64,000 nt of DNA from Elusimicrobiaceae bacterium (GTDB lineage Bacteria; Elusimicrobiota; Elusimicrobia; Elusimicrobiales; Elusimicrobiaceae), in assembly GCA_045593185.1 (NCBI GenBank), contig JAZNWD010000016.1:21781-85780 (forward strand), read 5' to 3'. The translations under genes and the position numbers were made by a program. The notes below the pieces were generated by a model that saw only the letters and a program-made list of their open reading frames with translations, searched no databases and was not told the origin of the DNA. Below, piece after piece: positions 1-9,815 of the stretch (position 1 is its first letter; every line of letters begins with the position of its first letter).

Positions 1-98
1 CCATTAATCCAATTAAAGAATTAGTCGCCAAAAGCCCCAAAGTAAAATGTGCACTCAATAAAAAGAAAAATCCAGGCCAAAATAAACGTTAAATTTTT

Positions 99-1289
99 CT
101 ACAAATACATCTCAAATTTGTCTAATTGTTTGCCCGTATCGCTATATACGGTAAAGGTAAGTTTGCGGTCTACGATTTTGCCCACTGCATAATGCCGGGC
201 AGATACAAACCGCGCGGTATAAGAATCTTCATACACACGCTTGGTAGGAGTGGGGGCGGCTGTCCCCAACGTAACATACGTCACCCCGCGGGAATGGGTT
301 TCCCCATTACGCAAAGGGAAAGTGCGTTCGTAATTGGTATCCCCGCCTTGGAGCACAAGGTTGACGCCGTACGTCTCAAATAATTTTACCCACGCGGCAG
401 CCACTTCCAAATTGGAGCCGTTTACCCCGGTAGAGTAAGCCGGTGCGTTCATGACTACAATTTTCCATTTGTCGCCCGCTGAAGAAAGCGTGGTTTTAAG
501 CCATTTGGTTTGGGCGGATTCTTCGTTAATGTCCGGCGCCCATACGGCCCCTTGAGAGATATTGGTATCCAACACAATAAAACGGGCGTTAGCCGTATCA
601 AAGTAATAATACTTGGGGGTGGCGTTGCTCCACGTCATATCGTGGTAACGTGTATAATTATTATACAGGAAGGATTTGCTATCACTTTGAGCGCGTTGGG
701 CGCCATACTCCTGCGGCCCTAACGCCACAAATAAAGGGGTATTACGCAAAACAGAGGCAAACGGCCTAAAAAGGGACTCGTCCGCTTGTGTGTTTAAACC
801 ATCCGGGGTGATATTGCCGGTATGAAGCACAAAATCCGCTTTTTCTTTAGCCATAAACCCGGCCAACGCTTGCCGGCCAACGGCCCCGGCAGAAGGGTCC
901 GTCAAAGCATCATCCCCGGTGCTCCCCAACGCCAAAAACGTAACCACTTTGCGCTCCGGCGAAAATAACGTGCGAAACGTACCGTTAATGGGTTCTTGCA
1001 CGCCGTTTTTGGAAGCATTTTCTACGTAGAGATGATAGCAAAAATCTTGATTGGGCACCAACCCATATAGCACTACTTTGTGGTTGCTAACAGCCGGGGT
1101 TAACGTCATAATTTGGTTGCACCGCGGGGCCGGCCCATACTCCAACCACGAAACGGCCGGGGCATCGGTTTGCCAACGCAGGGTCATAGAAGTGGGAGTG
1201 GCATTTTCTAAATAAGGCCCACGCACTATATGAGCCCCTTGGACATCAAGCGCGCAAAACAAAATGACTAAAAAAAGGATTCGTCTCAC
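99..1289 (-). CDS. Secreted purple-acid-phosphatase-like (calcineurin-like fold) protein with N-terminal FN3-like domain; metal ligands degenerate
   Basis: Signal peptide; 'RGPYL...SMTLRWQT' PAP N-domain; 'NATPKYYYFD...FIVLDTN', 'WLKTTL', 'NYER' match the PAP layout, but the DxG/GD/GNH/H/GHxH motifs are substituted. Confidence 0.75.
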   Translation of the reverse strand: MRRILFLVILFCALDVQGAHIVRGPYLENATPTSMTLRWQTDAPAVSWLEYGPAPRCNQIMTLTPAVSNHKVVLYGLVPNQDFCYHLYVENASKNGVQEPINGTFRTLFSPERKVVTFLALGSTGDDALTDPSAGAVGRQALAGFMAKEKADFVLHTGNITPDGLNTQADESLFRPFASVLRNTPLFVALGPQEYGAQRAQSDSKSFLYNNYTRYHDMTWSNATPKYYYFDTANARFIVLDTNISQGAVWAPDINEESAQTKWLKTTLSSAGDKWKIVVMNAPAYSTGVNGSNLEVAAAWVKLFETYGVNLVLQGGDTNYERTFPLRNGETHSRGVTYVTLGTAAPTPTKRVYEDSYTARFVSARHYAVGKIVDRKLTFTVYSDTGKQLDKFEMYL

Positions 1290-1370
1290 AAATTTATTGT
1301 ACCAAAATATAAGAAACTATTTACGAAAAATTTTGCCGCAAATGCTTTAAATTTTGTTAAATGAAGTTAT

Positions 1371-2240
1371 ATGAAAAAATTATTCTTTCTTTTAGTAGTG
1401 TTAGGGTTTAGTTCCCTGTCTGTTTCTGCCGGAGAAATCACCGGCACAGCCGATTATACCGGCGCTTCCGCTTTCCAACAAGTAAAGGTAGGAGGGCTTT
1501 GGCAATTTGCACTAAATTGGGCCGCTGGTTTAGAAACAAAAATGGCTGACGAAAAAGCATTTAAAAACAATGTTTACGAAGTAAAAATCCCATTTCAATT
1601 TTCCAGCGATGCATTGTCTTTTTCCCTAACGCCTTTTTACTACCTCAAAAACACAAGTGACGCCAAAGATTACAACGCTTTTGGTATTTCCGGCCAGTTT
1701 ATTTTGACGCTTGAAGATAACGCCGTAGATGAAATGTATTCCCACGTTTTTATGGGGGCTGCGTTTGCGCGGCAAGAAGGGTTCTTGCTTGCCGAAGGCG
1801 GGGACGTGCACCATCAGTATTATTCGCAAGCTGCGTACACGTTGGGCTTGCACAAAAATTTCTTCCGTGCTTTTAGCTTCGAAGCCATCGGCGCAGTGTT
1901 TCAATACCCGGACGGCGTTTCGCACGTAGATGGCTGGCGCGGGATATTGGACCAACAAGATTTAGTTTCTTTGCAAACTTATGAAATTGTCCATGAATTA
2001 CCGAAATATGCCTTCGGCGGACGCATGACACGTATGTGGGCGGATAGACGCGCCACTTTATATTTGGGTTACCGATTTGGGGAGTTTCATACCGCCGATC
2101 CGGAACATTCCTTTATAGTGGGAAATAGCTTCGCGCTGACTTCGTGGGCCTCGTGTGATTTAGGTTACAACCACTTGCGCACGGTGCACAACAGCCACAA
2201 ACGCGACATTTTCCACGCCCAGTTAAAGTTCGTTTTTTAG
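1371..2240 (+). CDS. Hypothetical exported protein, probable outer-membrane beta-barrel
   Basis: Signal peptide, aromatic-rich amphipathic strands, C-terminal ...LKFVF. Confidence 0.55.
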   Translation: MKKLFFLLVVLGFSSLSVSAGEITGTADYTGASAFQQVKVGGLWQFALNWAAGLETKMADEKAFKNNVYEVKIPFQFSSDALSFSLTPFYYLKNTSDAKDYNAFGISGQFILTLEDNAVDEMYSHVFMGAAFARQEGFLLAEGGDVHHQYYSQAAYTLGLHKNFFRAFSFEAIGAVFQYPDGVSHVDGWRGILDQQDLVSLQTYEIVHELPKYAFGGRMTRMWADRRATLYLGYRFGEFHTADPEHSFIVGNSFALTSWASCDLGYNHLRTVHNSHKRDIFHAQLKFVF

Positions 2241-2249
2241 GAGTGTGAC

Positions 2250-2990
2250 ATGACTAATAACGAAGCTCTTTCCGCTAAGGCGCTAACGTTGATTTCACAC
2301 AAATTGCGCACCCCTTTATCCATCATCAATGGATATTCCGAGGCGGTGCTCTCTCAAGCGGAAAAAGAAAATTTCTCCCCTTTTACCACCAAGGCACTGG
2401 GGGAAATTAACAAACAAGGTACGCGGATGTCCGCCTTGGTAGACAAGTTAATGGCTTTTAACCAGGCCATGACGGCCGATGCTTCTTCGTTGGAGAAACA
2501 AACCGTCACTTTAAAACCTCTGATTAAAGAGTGCGCAACCAAAGCCATATCGCTGGAGGGAGATGAAGCCCTCCCCACCCAATCCAAAGAGAAAGGTGTT
2601 AAGCGGGGCACTTTCATTGAAATTGATTGCTCCACGCAACTTACTTTGCAAGCCAACGAACCGATGTTGCGCTCGTGCGTGTGTGAACTGCTGGCCAATG
2701 CTATCAAATTTAATACCAAGCTGGAAAAAATCATCAAAGTGCAAGGGGTACATCATGGCGATAGCATCTCCATTTCCGTGCGTGATTACGGCATTGGTAT
2801 CCGCCCGCAAGACGTAGCCAAAATTTTTGAACCGTTTTACCAAGTGGATGATTATTTTACCGGACAAGTAACTGGTTGGGGGCTGGGGCTTGCCATGGTC
2901 CAACGTATTTTGGATTTACACCACGGCTCTATTAGTGTTGTTTCCGATAGAGGGCTAGGGTCCATTTTTACCCTTTCATTCCCTGTATGA
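2250..2990 (+). CDS. Histidine kinase (HisKA + HATPase_c), no sensor or TM domain
   Basis: SHKLRTPL H-box, ELLANAIKF N-box, DYGIGI G1, IFEPFYQV F-box, GWGLGL G2. Confidence 0.85.
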   Translation: MTNNEALSAKALTLISHKLRTPLSIINGYSEAVLSQAEKENFSPFTTKALGEINKQGTRMSALVDKLMAFNQAMTADASSLEKQTVTLKPLIKECATKAISLEGDEALPTQSKEKGVKRGTFIEIDCSTQLTLQANEPMLRSCVCELLANAIKFNTKLEKIIKVQGVHHGDSISISVRDYGIGIRPQDVAKIFEPFYQVDDYFTGQVTGWGLGLAMVQRILDLHHGSISVVSDRGLGSIFTLSFPV

Positions 2991-3508
2991 CCGCCGAAGA
3001 ATTATTGGAACAAACTTCGCAGCAATGCGAAAGCTACCGTTTATTGCTCTTGCCTGCGATCACTGCGCTGGGTGATTTTGGCCGCCGGTTGTTGCAAATT
3101 AATCAGCAAATCCGCAAAAATTTAGAAGTAAGAGATAACGAATTTACAGAACAATTTAACAATTATGTGGCCCACCTGCGCAATTTACTGGACAAACGGG
3201 AACCGGTTTGGACGGAGCTGCGCAACCAAATCCGCCAAGTGCCGCCCTCGTCCTGGACGGCCGATCTGGCCCTGGATGCCAAGGGGCTCAATAGCCGGGC
3301 AAAGGCCCTTTCCCGTGCGTGCGATGATTTTAATATGCAGTATGACACTTTTTGTAAACACTACAAAATTTTTACGGCTGCCAAATTAAATGTATGGTTG
3401 CTAACTGCTTGCCAAAATGATATTACTAATTTAACCGGAAAAATACTTTTATTGGCACGTGAAATTGCCCGTAAAACTGAGCAAAAAAGGAGCCCCCATG
3501 CAGAATAA
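2987..3508 (+). CDS. Hypothetical helical protein
   Basis: 173-aa ORF with a 4-nt overlap with the kinase stop, co-oriented. Confidence 0.6.
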   Translation: MTAEELLEQTSQQCESYRLLLLPAITALGDFGRRLLQINQQIRKNLEVRDNEFTEQFNNYVAHLRNLLDKREPVWTELRNQIRQVPPSSWTADLALDAKGLNSRAKALSRACDDFNMQYDTFCKHYKIFTAAKLNVWLLTACQNDITNLTGKILLLAREIARKTEQKRSPHAE

Positions 3509-4514
3509 ACCTCTCTATTATTTTTCCAAATCCAGCACGGTATGTTTGATTATCATTGCCGCTGGCGTAGTAACTGCGTTTTTAGTGTACACAAAAGCGC
3601 TGATGATCCCGCTGGTTATTTCCATCTTTTTCTATACGATCTTGGCACAAATGACGTTGTTCTTGCGGCAAAAATTTTCTTTTCCAAAATGGCTTGCTCT
3701 TACCGCCGCCATTTTATTATTTATTGCGTTTTTTATCGGCGTGATTGTATTTACTGCCAACTCTGTAGAAGAGTTTCTAAAGGGAAGTGAAATTTACCGC
3801 CAAAATTTGATTGTTACCGTGTCTGACATATTGGCCCGCTTGCGCGAACACGGCTTGGCATTGGACGCGCACTTTATTGAAAACTACTTGCGCGAAGTGC
3901 CGCTATTTGACTGGGTACGCAATTTGGGCGGACGGTTATTTAGCGTGTTTTCCAGCTTTACGCTAATCATTTTATTTATGGTGTTCTTTTTGTTTGGCAG
4001 CAAGAAAACCCCGCCTATTACCAACCCCGCTATTAAAGAAATGTTGGCCAATGTCTCCGTGTATTTGTCCGTCAAATTGATGGCCTCTATTATTACGGGG
4101 ATATTGGTTTTTACCGTCCTTTTTAGCTTTCAAGTAAAATTAGCTGTGTTATTTGCGTTTTTTGCTTTCTTGCTAAACTTTATCCCCAGTGTGGGGTCTA
4201 TCGCAGCGGTGCTCATTCCGTTGCCTATCTTGTTTTTGCAATTTGGGTTAGGGCCAAAATTCTTTGTGATATTGGCATTGCTGAGTACCATTGAATTTGT
4301 TATTGGCAACCTGGTGGAACCGCGCTTTTTGGGCGAAGGGATGGACTTGCACCCCGCCGCAGTGGTAGGGTCCCTAATTTTTTGGACGCTGGTGTGGGGA
4401 GCCCCCGGGGCGTTTTTGTCCGTACCGATTACGGCCTCGGTGAAAATTGTGCTCAGCAAAATGAAACTAACCCGCCCGGTGGCTGAATTTTTAGCCGGCC
4501 GGCTGCCGAATTAG
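3498..4514 (+). CDS. AI-2E family transporter (PerM/TqsA-like)
   Basis: Multiple TM helices; LNFIPSVGS and GNLVEPRFLG...LHP motifs; start moved to ATG 3498 after GGAG. Confidence 0.85.
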   Translation: MQNKPLYYFSKSSTVCLIIIAAGVVTAFLVYTKALMIPLVISIFFYTILAQMTLFLRQKFSFPKWLALTAAILLFIAFFIGVIVFTANSVEEFLKGSEIYRQNLIVTVSDILARLREHGLALDAHFIENYLREVPLFDWVRNLGGRLFSVFSSFTLIILFMVFFLFGSKKTPPITNPAIKEMLANVSVYLSVKLMASIITGILVFTVLFSFQVKLAVLFAFFAFLLNFIPSVGSIAAVLIPLPILFLQFGLGPKFFVILALLSTIEFVIGNLVEPRFLGEGMDLHPAAVVGSLIFWTLVWGAPGAFLSVPITASVKIVLSKMKLTRPVAEFLAGRLPN

Positions 4515-4533
4515 TTATTTATTTCTACAATAC

Positions 4534-4564
4534 AAAACCCGCCACGGATTGGGTGGCGGGTTTT
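4534..4564. terminator. Bidirectional intrinsic terminator
   Basis: AAAACCCGCCAC-7-GTGGCGGGTTTT between convergent genes. Confidence 0.8.
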
Positions 4565-4581
4565 CATTTTGCGTAAATTAC

Positions 4582-5178
4582 TTATTTGGCGGCTTGTTCT
4601 TGGCGGACTTTTTCAAACAAATTATCCGCAGTGGCACGCTGTAAGAAAGTTTCCCATTCGGCCGGGGTGAGTTCAAAATCATCCATTACGATGTATGAAA
4701 TATCCTTAGCGGCATTTTTCATATCTTTCTTTTGATTCTTATACTCATTTTCCAGTTCTACATAGCGGCTGGCAATGGCGTAGTCAATATCCGCTTGGGT
4801 ATAGCTTTGTGTAGCGGCCGGGGCCGGTTGCTGCTCCTGGGAAGCAGCGGCATTTTCATCCCCTTGAGCCGGTTGCTCTTCCGCCGCCGGCTGCGCTTCT
4901 TGAGAAGCACTTTCCTCTTGCGCAGGTTGAGCATAGGTGCTGTCCTGCGTTGCGGTAGAGGTAGTTTCTTCATCTGTGCGCAAGGGTTTGTCTCCCGCGG
5001 GGGTTAAGAGTTCCTGGTGCGGATCTTTATCTTGAGGAACAAATACAGGTTCCTGTTTATCCATTGAATTTACCACCCGTCCATTTATCAAATTGGAGCA
5101 AGCGGAAGGATTTACAATAAAATAAATGCTTAAAATAATACAGACTAGAATAGCGGCTTTTACTAAAATTTTAATCAT
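4582..5178 (-). CDS. Hypothetical membrane-anchored protein with Q/E/A-rich linker
   Basis: N-terminal hydrophobic segment, low-complexity middle, GGAGG RBS. Confidence 0.65.
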   Translation of the reverse strand: MIKILVKAAILVCIILSIYFIVNPSACSNLINGRVVNSMDKQEPVFVPQDKDPHQELLTPAGDKPLRTDEETTSTATQDSTYAQPAQEESASQEAQPAAEEQPAQGDENAAASQEQQPAPAATQSYTQADIDYAIASRYVELENEYKNQKKDMKNAAKDISYIVMDDFELTPAEWETFLQRATADNLFEKVRQEQAAK

Positions 5179-5219
5179 ACGGGTACGCCTCCTTTCCTAT
5201 AGCATATCATATTTTGGGC

Positions 5220-5792
5220 CTAGTGGGCTGTATTGTTTGGCGGCGTGTTGGGCTGTTGTAGTTTTTTGACACTTTGCTGGAACTGCGGATTGGAAAAAAT
5301 TTCCTCAATAGCGGCAGCAAAATCTTGGTTTTTTAAGTGTTTTTGCACAACACCTTGTATTTGCGGGTTTTTTTCTATAATTTGTGCCAAATTTTGGGTG
5401 CTCAAATCAGCCAAATCTTTTACTTCGCCCTGGGAAGCTTCTTGCAATTCTTCATTGAACTGCTCTACAGCCGGGTCTTGATTAAAATCTTGCACAATAG
5501 AGGCAACTGTATCTTGGGCCTGCTGCTGTTGTTGTTGCGGGGTAAGGGGGGCATCTTCTAAATAAATTTGCGTGGATTGCGGCCGATACGGAATGGGCTC
5601 TTGCTGAAATTCGGCCTGGGCGGCTGCTAACGATACCGGAATATGCTGAAACGAAAAGGGCTCGCCATCTTGCATAGCGGCGGCTTCTTGGGCAGCTTGT
5701 TTACGTTCTTGCCGCTGATGCCAACGGACCGCCCCCATATATATAAGGGCGGCCCCCATCACGGCAATTAAAACGTAACTTACCTTAGACAT
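5220..5792 (-). CDS. Hypothetical membrane-anchored Gln-rich protein
   Basis: N-terminal TM; start overlaps the stop of the upstream PPIase. Confidence 0.65.
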   Translation of the reverse strand: MSKVSYVLIAVMGAALIYMGAVRWHQRQERKQAAQEAAAMQDGEPFSFQHIPVSLAAAQAEFQQEPIPYRPQSTQIYLEDAPLTPQQQQQQAQDTVASIVQDFNQDPAVEQFNEELQEASQGEVKDLADLSTQNLAQIIEKNPQIQGVVQKHLKNQDFAAAIEEIFSNPQFQQSVKKLQQPNTPPNNTAH

Positions 5793-6472
5793 TATTTTAC
5801 GTCCGTTACTTCTATATCAAACACAAGCACGGAATTGGGCGGAATTTGACCCACCGGGCGGTTGCCGTACGCTGTATCGGCCGGGCAAACTACCGTACCG
5901 CGCGAGCCGGGTTTCATTTGCTGAAGCGCTTTCGTCCAGCACGGGATCACTTGCGAAAGCCCAAACGTAGCGGCTTGTCCGCGGTCGCGCGAGCTATCAA
6001 ATTTTGTTCCGTCAATTAACGTCCCTGTATAGTGGACGGTAACGGTCCCATTGGCGGTGGGGGTTTTCCCCTTCCCCGGGCGGGACAATTTAATCATCGC
6101 ACCGTTATCAAGAACTTTAACCCCTTTTTCTTTTTGGAACGCCTCTAAATATTCTTTTTGCTCTGCTTCGCGGCGTTGGGAAATCAGCAAAGCATCATCT
6201 TGATATTTTTGGATGATTTGGGGTTTATAGCTTTCCACATCCGTTTGCGCTTTTTTATTGAGCAAGCTATCGCGCATCCCTTGAGAAACGGCTTTATAAT
6301 CGTCCTCGTTATCCAAAATAAGTTGCTTTTTTAAGTTATCCCCCAACAAAAACCCTAACGAATAGAGCATTTTGTTGCGTTGGGCCGGATCGTTAGCGGC
6401 AGGAGCGGTTTTCTCTTGCGCTAAAGCCGGCAGTGCGATACATAAACTGAGTAGAATTACTAATTTTTTCAT
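5792..6472 (-). CDS. fkpA: FKBP-type peptidyl-prolyl isomerase (FkpA/Mip-like)
   Basis: Signal peptide, YSLG N-domain, VTVHYTGTLIDGTKFDSS, VIPCW, IPPNSVLVFDIE. Confidence 0.9.
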   Translation of the reverse strand: MKKLVILLSLCIALPALAQEKTAPAANDPAQRNKMLYSLGFLLGDNLKKQLILDNEDDYKAVSQGMRDSLLNKKAQTDVESYKPQIIQKYQDDALLISQRREAEQKEYLEAFQKEKGVKVLDNGAMIKLSRPGKGKTPTANGTVTVHYTGTLIDGTKFDSSRDRGQAATFGLSQVIPCWTKALQQMKPGSRGTVVCPADTAYGNRPVGQIPPNSVLVFDIEVTDVK

Positions 6473-6482
6473 TATTTTCCCT

Positions 6483-7418
6483 CTATTTTGTTTTTAAATA
6501 ATTTTCTAACCGTGTAGAAATCTGCGCAGCGGCCTGACGGCCCACCCCTTGCATGCTGCGGCGTACCGAATCGTTAATGCGCGTTGTACCAGCGCGATCC
6601 TGCACGTTAAAGCGGGCAAAAGTAACATCCCGCTGGGCATCGATTAAGCTAACGGCCGCACTGCTGGAGCACCAAATCAACCCATCTACTTTTTTGGAAG
6701 AATAGTTATCCACCTCGGTAACGATTTGAACCGATACTACTTGGTCCGGGTCCGCGGCGTCCACCACGCCTAAACCCATTTTGTTAAGAGCGTCTATCAC
6801 ATAGGTAACCATGGTTTCGCTCTCTACCCCATTTACTTTTACCCCCACCAATACAGCGGCCATTTTTTCTTTAAAAATATTTTTGTAAGGTGCAAATGTT
6901 TCGGGCATATAGCTGGAACGGTCCGCCTGGATGAACTGATATAAATCGTCCAACGCGGCGCGACGTTGAATAAGGGGCTGCATTTTGTAGGCCACTTTTA
7001 AATCCGCCAACGGATCGGCCGGCGTAGAAAATTGCTGTGCCAAACCGGTTAATTGAGCATCGGCGTTATTTAAAAGAGGAACCACCACGGCATTGGCTTT
7101 TTCACGCGGCAGAACGGCCAACGCATAGTAATGTTTGGCTTGGGATTCTTTATCACGCCATACTTTTTCTACTTTGGCATTGGCTAATACATCGTCAAGT
7201 ACCTGGGTTCCGGCCGCTTGCGGGGTATGGGCCTGCAATTCTTTTTGCAAAGCAGAAAATGCTTGCTCCGAAGCGGCTTTTTTAGTAGCTCCGTCACCGG
7301 CTACTACATAGTACGCTTGTGTATCGTACTTAGACATTTGGTAGCTAATTGTATTTTTATTGAGCCCGCCGCAGGCCACCAACCCCAGCGCGCAACATAG
7401 TGTTATTAGTTGTTTCAT
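6483..7418 (-). CDS. Lipoprotein (LPP20-like)
   Basis: Lipobox LVAC; located in the lpoB cluster. Confidence 0.6.
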   Translation of the reverse strand: MKQLITLCCALGLVACGGLNKNTISYQMSKYDTQAYYVVAGDGATKKAASEQAFSALQKELQAHTPQAAGTQVLDDVLANAKVEKVWRDKESQAKHYYALAVLPREKANAVVVPLLNNADAQLTGLAQQFSTPADPLADLKVAYKMQPLIQRRAALDDLYQFIQADRSSYMPETFAPYKNIFKEKMAAVLVGVKVNGVESETMVTYVIDALNKMGLGVVDAADPDQVVSVQIVTEVDNYSSKKVDGLIWCSSSAAVSLIDAQRDVTFARFNVQDRAGTTRINDSVRRSMQGVGRQAAAQISTRLENYLKTK

Positions 7419-7432
7419 AATTTTTTACCTCC

Positions 7433-8743
7433 CTATAGTCCGCTGCGGTGATGCAGGAACACTCTGCCCCCCGCAGGTACCTCTACGTTTGCAAAAGTAT
7501 GTTCTCCTATTATACTACCATTTTTGGCCTGCAACAAAAGCCGAATATTTTGTGTGCCGGGGGTTACAAATACCCGTGTCATGTATATTTGCGCCGGCAA
7601 GGTAAACCACTGGCGGGTATCGGCCCTTTCGGTAGCGGCCCCCAAAATACTGACAAACAGCTCCGCTAATTGGCCCAGGGTATCCGCGTGGGGGTTATCG
7701 GACGATGAACGAACCGCGTGGCGGGCTTGTACAGCCGCCGTCCGTTTCAGGATCGCCCGTGTAGCTAACCGGAACCAAATGCCGGGTAATTTCATTTCTA
7801 AATCCTGTGTAGCCAGTTCGGCAATGTCGCTCACTTTTTGTAAGGGAACGCGTACCCCGGCTATATCCACGGTAGAGGACTCCACCAAATAGGACTGCGG
7901 TTCCAAAACGGGGTAAGCCACTGTAATAGCGGAACCGGTCAGCCCGGCATAGAGGGCATTTTGCAACTCGGGCGAAACAGGCCCCTCATCTTCCACCGGA
8001 GTGCTGGCAAAGGCCCAAATATCGTTCCACGCTACTTGAATAGTTTGGCTCTTTTTGAGCGGCACTTGCCCCACGTAATGAAATACAATTACCTCTGCGT
8101 ATTGTTGGGCATGAGAGGGAACGTCAAAGGAAGGGGCGGGCCACCCGCGTTTTTGGTATGCATTGAAAGCGTTTTCCCGTGCGATGCGCGCATCGGAAAG
8201 CTCTCCGGCCGACTCAAAAATAAGACTGGACACATACTGCACAAAGGGGTCATCGTTATATCCCTTTTGGGTAGAGCCGCGCAGATGATCCAAGAAGAAT
8301 ACCGCTTTGCGTGCCTCTACCGCGGCGGCGGAAATATCGTTTAATTGCAAAAAATTTAGCGCACGGTAAAAAAACGTTAACGCGGTTTCGTAATAGGATG
8401 CGTAATAGGGGGTAGTTAAATCATTGATAAGCAAACGCGCACCGGAGGCAGAAATACTTTTGGTGTAAGAATCCGTAATTTTTTGTTGCGCCACTGCAAA
8501 CAGCGCATCACTTTGGGCGGGTTGCTGGGCATCGTGTAATAAAGTCCCGCGGTCCAACGCATAGAGCAGCTCATCGCGCTTGCCATACATTTTACGCGCC
8601 TTGGACTCTACCAAACCGGCCGCTTGGTCAAATTTTCCCTGAGCGACTAAATTATTTACTTCGTGTTTATAGCGTAAAGAAGGCGCCCCACAGGCGGAGC
8701 AACATACAATTGCCACCAACCCCCAGAGCGCATTCTTTTTCAT
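7433..8743 (-). CDS. COG3014-type TPR-like lipoprotein
   Basis: Lipobox CSAC; ERADTRQWFTLPAQI motif typical of this lpoB-associated family. Confidence 0.75.
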   Translation of the reverse strand: MKKNALWGLVAIVCCSACGAPSLRYKHEVNNLVAQGKFDQAAGLVESKARKMYGKRDELLYALDRGTLLHDAQQPAQSDALFAVAQQKITDSYTKSISASGARLLINDLTTPYYASYYETALTFFYRALNFLQLNDISAAAVEARKAVFFLDHLRGSTQKGYNDDPFVQYVSSLIFESAGELSDARIARENAFNAYQKRGWPAPSFDVPSHAQQYAEVIVFHYVGQVPLKKSQTIQVAWNDIWAFASTPVEDEGPVSPELQNALYAGLTGSAITVAYPVLEPQSYLVESSTVDIAGVRVPLQKVSDIAELATQDLEMKLPGIWFRLATRAILKRTAAVQARHAVRSSSDNPHADTLGQLAELFVSILGAATERADTRQWFTLPAQIYMTRVFVTPGTQNIRLLLQAKNGSIIGEHTFANVEVPAGGRVFLHHRSGL

Positions 8744-9333
8744 TAGAAAGAAACCTTGCTGCGTTTAACGTATTTTTTAATTTTTTGTTGTCCGTTCCAT
8801 GCAATTTGGTTTGTTTCAATATCAATTAGTTTCAAGTTAGCTTGATAATATACAACGGCTTTGCTACCGGCTTGATCTACTACGCTGTTAAGTACGCCAC
8901 TAAGCATATAATCGGCCCCTACTTCACGGCCGAAGGCCTTGCGGCTTTCTTCGCTGGCAAATTCATCCTGTTCCAGGCGTTCGGTGCGCACTTCGCCGCG
9001 TTCATCCCTAGAGGCCACAAAATCCACTTTGCCCGAATTGATCAGTGCACGTTGCATTTCTTCCACAAATACATCTGTATTGATGTGTTCCATGGTTTTG
9101 TTGCTTACCGTGCCGACGATAAGCGTTGGCTCTTTCCCGTTTTTAGAAACAAACTTTGTATACCAACCACTGTTTAAACAATCGGTAATCATTTCCTGCG
9201 CAACCATCTGCGCATCGGTATCGTTCCAACCGCCGCTCACGTCTTTGACCAAGTTTGTCTCTACGCGTTTTACTTTGGGAGCACACGCAAACACAAACGG
9301 TAAAACCAACAATACTGCCAGTAGTTTTTTCAT
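8743..9333 (-). CDS. lpoB: Penicillin-binding protein activator LpoB family lipoprotein
   Basis: Lipobox VFAC; WNDTDAQMVA, N.T.EHI, GADYMLSG, IDIETNQIAW. Confidence 0.8.
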   Translation of the reverse strand: MKKLLAVLLVLPFVFACAPKVKRVETNLVKDVSGGWNDTDAQMVAQEMITDCLNSGWYTKFVSKNGKEPTLIVGTVSNKTMEHINTDVFVEEMQRALINSGKVDFVASRDERGEVRTERLEQDEFASEESRKAFGREVGADYMLSGVLNSVVDQAGSKAVVYYQANLKLIDIETNQIAWNGQQKIKKYVKRSKVSF

Positions 9334-9370
9334 AGTTTCTCCTTAAATATATCTATGTTACTTTATTGTA

Positions 9371-9802
9371 TCAAATTGTACTCAAACGGCCACATAATTC
9401 TTGCCCGGCCCAATCTTCGGTTTCGTACTTGCACTGCACAGCGCCGTTGGCAATATCCACTTCCAGCCATACCGGCAACGTTTTATGTTCTACCCAAATA
9501 ATGCCGTTTTCCAAACGGTAGGTATAGTCTTTGCAATCCAATACCAAGCCGGTTTTCCCTTGTACAAGCGGGCAGGAAAGCGTTACTTCCAGTTGGCGGA
9601 AATCGGGCGTATACGCCCCGTGAGAGGCCCGGTAAGATTCTTGCGCAAAGGCCAGCGCGCGGGCTAACTCGGCCGCTTGACGGGCGTGAGAAGCGTCGCG
9701 ACGTTTGCTATATTGCGGCCAAGTTAAGGCAAAAACAAACGCACACGCAATTAAACACGCTAAAACAATACGAGAAATAGATCCAACCTTTGAATGTAAC
9801 AT
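9371..9802 (-). CDS. Degenerate type IV pilin-like protein
   Basis: Hydrophobic N-helix then PQY, AQESY..HGAY...F..LE and C-terminal Cys pairs; no GFTLIE motif. Confidence 0.55.
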   Translation of the reverse strand: MLHSKVGSISRIVLACLIACAFVFALTWPQYSKRRDASHARQAAELARALAFAQESYRASHGAYTPDFRQLEVTLSCPLVQGKTGLVLDCKDYTYRLENGIIWVEHKTLPVWLEVDIANGAVQCKYETEDWAGQELCGRLSTI

Positions 9803-9815
9803 ATATTTATTCTCC

